Source: an uncultured candidate division Zixibacteria bacterium (GTDB taxonomy: Bacteria; Zixibacteria; MSB-5A5; UBA10806). From it: a DNA stretch of 64,000 bases. The notes below the pieces were generated by a model that searched no databases, was not told where the DNA came from, and saw only the letters and a list, made by a program, of their open reading frames with translations. Within the stretch, counting starts at the first letter, position 1, and each line of letters starts with the position of its first letter. This document shows positions 60,446-64,000 of the stretch, in pieces. The position numbers and the translations under genes are program-made. Location of the stretch: assembly GCA_963801605.1 (NCBI GenBank), contig CAWDFP010000006.1, positions 1,408,001 to 1,472,000 on the forward strand, in the 5' to 3' direction.

Positions 60446-63395
60446 CTATTTCAACAGCGACATCCTGATTACGCCGCTCTTATCGCCGGTTGCTAATCTC
60501 GCGAAATATACGCCCGATGAAACCGGGACGCCCTCGCTCGATTTCCCATCCCATTCGATCAAATGATTTCCCGCCGTAAGGGATGCGTCAAGAAGCGTCG
60601 CTACCTTGCGGCCAAGTATATCGAATACCTCCAATTTTACCGCCCCGGCCTCCGGGATCGTAAAGGAAATCTTGGTCGACGGGTTGAACGGATTAGGATA
60701 GTTCTGATTCAAAGCAAAATCGTTTGGAAGAGGCTCTCCCGATTGATAGACATCCTGCGCAATGCCGGTGCCTACAATCCTTATTCCCCAGCTATTCAGA
60801 TGGCCAACGTTGCCGGTGGCTCTGTCGGCGACATATAGAATCCAGCGCCCCTGGCAGGAATCACCGTTAAATATCGTCATAGCGCCGGGGCCGTCAGGCG
60901 TGATATCGTCATCATACCAGCCAACGATGCTGTCGCCATCCGCGCCGGATCTATTATGCAGCGTGACCCGCCTGTTGCCCGTACTGCCATATATGTAAAA
61001 ATAAAGATCGCCGATATAAGGATGAGTAATGTTCACATAGATATCGACGGCGTAAATCCGCAAATGTTCCGGTATTATTATCGTATCCGCTACGCTGCGG
61101 GCGCCATCGGGAATGTCGAAACCATCCGCCATATATTCGGCTGTCTGCGTTTCGAGGATTCCGAATGAAAAATAACCGCTGCCAGGAAGATAGGTCACGT
61201 TGTGCGCCACCGCCCGGTCTCTGGCCTTTATGCGATAACTTACAGTATCAAACGGAACCACTGTGCCGGTCAATACGCCTCTAAAGTTATTTGTGGTATC
61301 AACCCTGGCCAAAGCAATAGTCGTTGTTGAATCACCATTGATGTTGAATTCGACCCAAACGGAATCAACACCGAGATTATCCGTAACTGTCGCATTTATG
61401 GTCGGAGGCCAGCCTATAGGTGGCAAGTCTCCTATCGGGGTATGCGTGATAATCGGTCTGATGGTGTCAGGGCCTACATAAAAATGGAACGGTGTTGCCG
61501 GCGCAGTTACGGGAAGGTTCGATGTAAAGTTCATGCTATCCGCCGCATGAAGGTAATAGAAAACCGTATCCTGATGGCCGGGGCCGGGTAACAGACCTTG
61601 ATACTCATGAGGATTCGCAGTCGGTGTCATTTCGACAATTGAAAAAGCGGTGTCTCCCTGAAAACGATAATTAATCGAAAGCGAAGCCATCGGGAATGTA
61701 TTATTCATTGTGGCTAAAATAGGATAAGGTCCGGCCTGATTCTCAGTGGTAGTTAACGCTGCATGATGAATTTCAAGATGCACCGGCAGCTCGGTGAATA
61801 TACCCCTGTCAAGGAACGCCTGACCGATATCCATAAGATGGCGGCCGTTATAAAGATCCATATCGGCCTGTACTATGGCATTGGCCGCTAATCTGAAAGT
61901 GGCGGTGGGAGTAAGGCTGAAATGGCTTTCAAGAACCACCTGTAGCGAGGTATCATAACCGATATCGTTCATAATATCCCAGAGGGCGCGGCTCCAAATT
62001 TCGCCGTCGTCATGCACTTCTCCGTCCATATCCGCTGGATAATGCTTGTTGCCGTCAACTCGTCGTCCCGGCCAGAAATTATCGTTATGATTGCCATCCC
62101 AATCAAAAACCTGGGCTTCATGCCAGTTGCCCGATATTGGATGAAAAAACGCCACCGTCAGAAAATCGCCAAATCCCTCACCCATGGCCCCGCCTTCTTC
62201 AAGCTGTCCCCAGCCCAGGGACCTGATCATATTGCGTGGCGTGACCGTACTCATGAATAATTACATCGCCATCCTCGGCATCATCGACTCCACCGGATCC
62301 GTAAGTAATTCGACGCTGGCTGGGAGTAAACCAGGAATTATCGTCAGTGGTACCGTTGACAGCCAGTCCGATCGAATAATCCATGAGGCTGTCGAAGCCG
62401 AGCGTCCGATAAAACCTGGCGCAGGTATCTATCTGGAAATATGCCATGGTCTCTTCAAACTTGGGATTGCTGCGCGTAAAATTGAAAGAATCGGGGCTCG
62501 TAAAGCGCGCCCGTCCCGATGTGGGCGTCGTATTAACAAATGTACCGGATAAATAATAATAACCGCCTGATGGTGGATTTAGGTTCCTCAAAACCATGGG
62601 GAACCTGGCATTGGTTAAAATCGGATAATCCCTGTTCGATGAGTCTCTCAATCCCGCATTCTGAGTGCTGACTATCGGATTGGGATTAAACACCATTCCC
62701 GCGCCATCGACAAAACACATATCATTTCTTTTTGCAGTGATACTGCCGTTACTTGCATTTACAAATACCTGCCAATCACCAAGCGGACGGTCGGCGGGAA
62801 TTGTCACCAGCCAGCAGAGAGTCGGAGTTATATTCTGCGCATATATTATGATCTCGGTTGTGGGGTCACCCGTAAATGACACCACGCCAATTTCTTTTAT
62901 CGCAATGTCCTGGGCAGCCGATGCGGACAGCGATGGCGTTGTGGATATATTCATGTTGGTTTTATAATCTGAACTTACCGATGATATCACCCCGTCACGC
63001 CTGATATTAATCAGGACCTGGGATGCGTATACCGGCACACCCTGCCACATCTGTTGATATCTATAATGATACCCGGCCAATGACGGTTTTGCCGACATCA
63101 GGCTTAAATCGCTGCCATCACCCTTCAGACCCAAAAGAGCGCTGTTCATCTTTAGATAATCAGATACAATCTCCGCGGTCGTGGTTTTTTGCGAATTAAA
63201 ATTCGGGTAATAGAGCACTTTGGCAATGCCGTCAGATGTTATTTCGTCAAGCATCGGCTTGCCGGAACTGGCCTGCATAGGCGGATATTGCCCGGGGACG
63301 ATACTCTCCGGTCCCGGCGCCTTCTTGGCCAGACTCAATGAAAAAGATAGAGCGATCATGATAGTTGATGCGATCAGAATTCTTTTTACTAACAC
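60446..63395 (-). CDS. Secreted M36/M4-like zinc metallopeptidase with FTP/PepSY-like propeptide, P-domain and FlgD-Ig/T9SS-like tail; frameshift near 62215
   Basis: AEDGDVIIHEYGH, then MGEGFGDF and EVHDDGEIW in the next frame; ITHPYIGDL P-domain; QNYPNPFN. Confidence 0.85.
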
Positions 63396-63713
63396 AAGGA
63401 CCTCCGCTTAAGCTGTTTGTATAAATATATGTAGCTTAATAATACTTATCAAGAAGAAGTTTAATTTACTTTTGAATCCCTTTTAATATACTATATTTAT
63501 TCTATTTTTCATCTTGCCGAATCAAGCGCCTTCGCAAATTTATAGCCAAACGAAGCCGATTGATATTGACTCGTATGCCCCTATCTGCTAAGTTTGATGT
63601 TTCGTGGATGGGGGGAATTAGTTAATCGCTTGGGTTTAAAGATTAACATGAATTTGTTCGAATCCCTTGAGGATAAATAAGATAAGTTGATTTAATTTTC
63701 TTTTTGCGAAAGT

Positions 63714-64000
63714 TTGAAGGATTTGACAGGATTATTAATAGCAGTTTTTGCTTCCGGTGGAGGCACTAATTTAGAGGCTTTAATCGAAGCTTCCCAACAG
63801 GGTATATTTAATGGCCGAATAAATGCCGTCATATCCAATAATTCAGCGGCTTTTGCCTTGGTGCGGGCTTCGCAGCACGGCATCCCCGCCTATCATATCA
63901 GCTCCAAAACCGCGCCCGACTCGGAAACCTTCATAAATCAAATTCAACAGGTTCTACAAAATCATTCGATAAACCTAATCGTATTGGCCGGTTATATGAA
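63714..64000 (+). CDS. purN: Phosphoribosylglycinamide formyltransferase (truncated by window end)
   Basis: IAVFASGGGTNLEALI, VISNN, LIVLAGYM; start 63714 or 63723. Confidence 0.92.
   Translation, partial: MKDLTGLLIAVFASGGGTNLEALIEASQQGIFNGRINAVISNNSAAFALVRASQHGIPAYHISSKTAPDSETFINQIQQVLQNHSINLIVLAGYM

Noticed and set aside
63692..63883. 63-aa minus-strand ORF
   Set aside because: Antisense to purN

Overview
Bacterial chromosomal window. Dockerin-bearing and 'YPNPFN'-tail secreted proteins suggest an FCB-group organism, possibly Zixibacteria-like (inference). Core blocks: batB-C-D-E-like operon, endonuclease III, pfkA-gap-[two FN3-repeat lipoproteins]-pgk-tpiA-secG-tRNA-Leu(GAG), lapA/lapB-like, SPOR, mutS, a TPR-exbB-exbD-exbD-tonB-tonB cluster, an M36/M4-like peptidase and the start of purN. 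A ~22 kb accessory island runs from tRNA-Leu to lapA. It carries a dead tyrosine integrase, a decayed tRNA-fMet att relic, a 95-bp direct repeat and three kinase-less atypical NarL/LuxR regulators. Its most striking feature is a 30-bp ungapped motif fused to the -35 box of five promoters, together with G-rich-loop leader hairpins; this looks like a self-contained regulon of small and envelope proteins. A divergent ECF-sigma-like + ParB/sulfiredoxin-fold gene pair occurs twice in the window. Six single-base indels in otherwise intact genes are most likely assembly errors. All calls are by eye; no searches were run.
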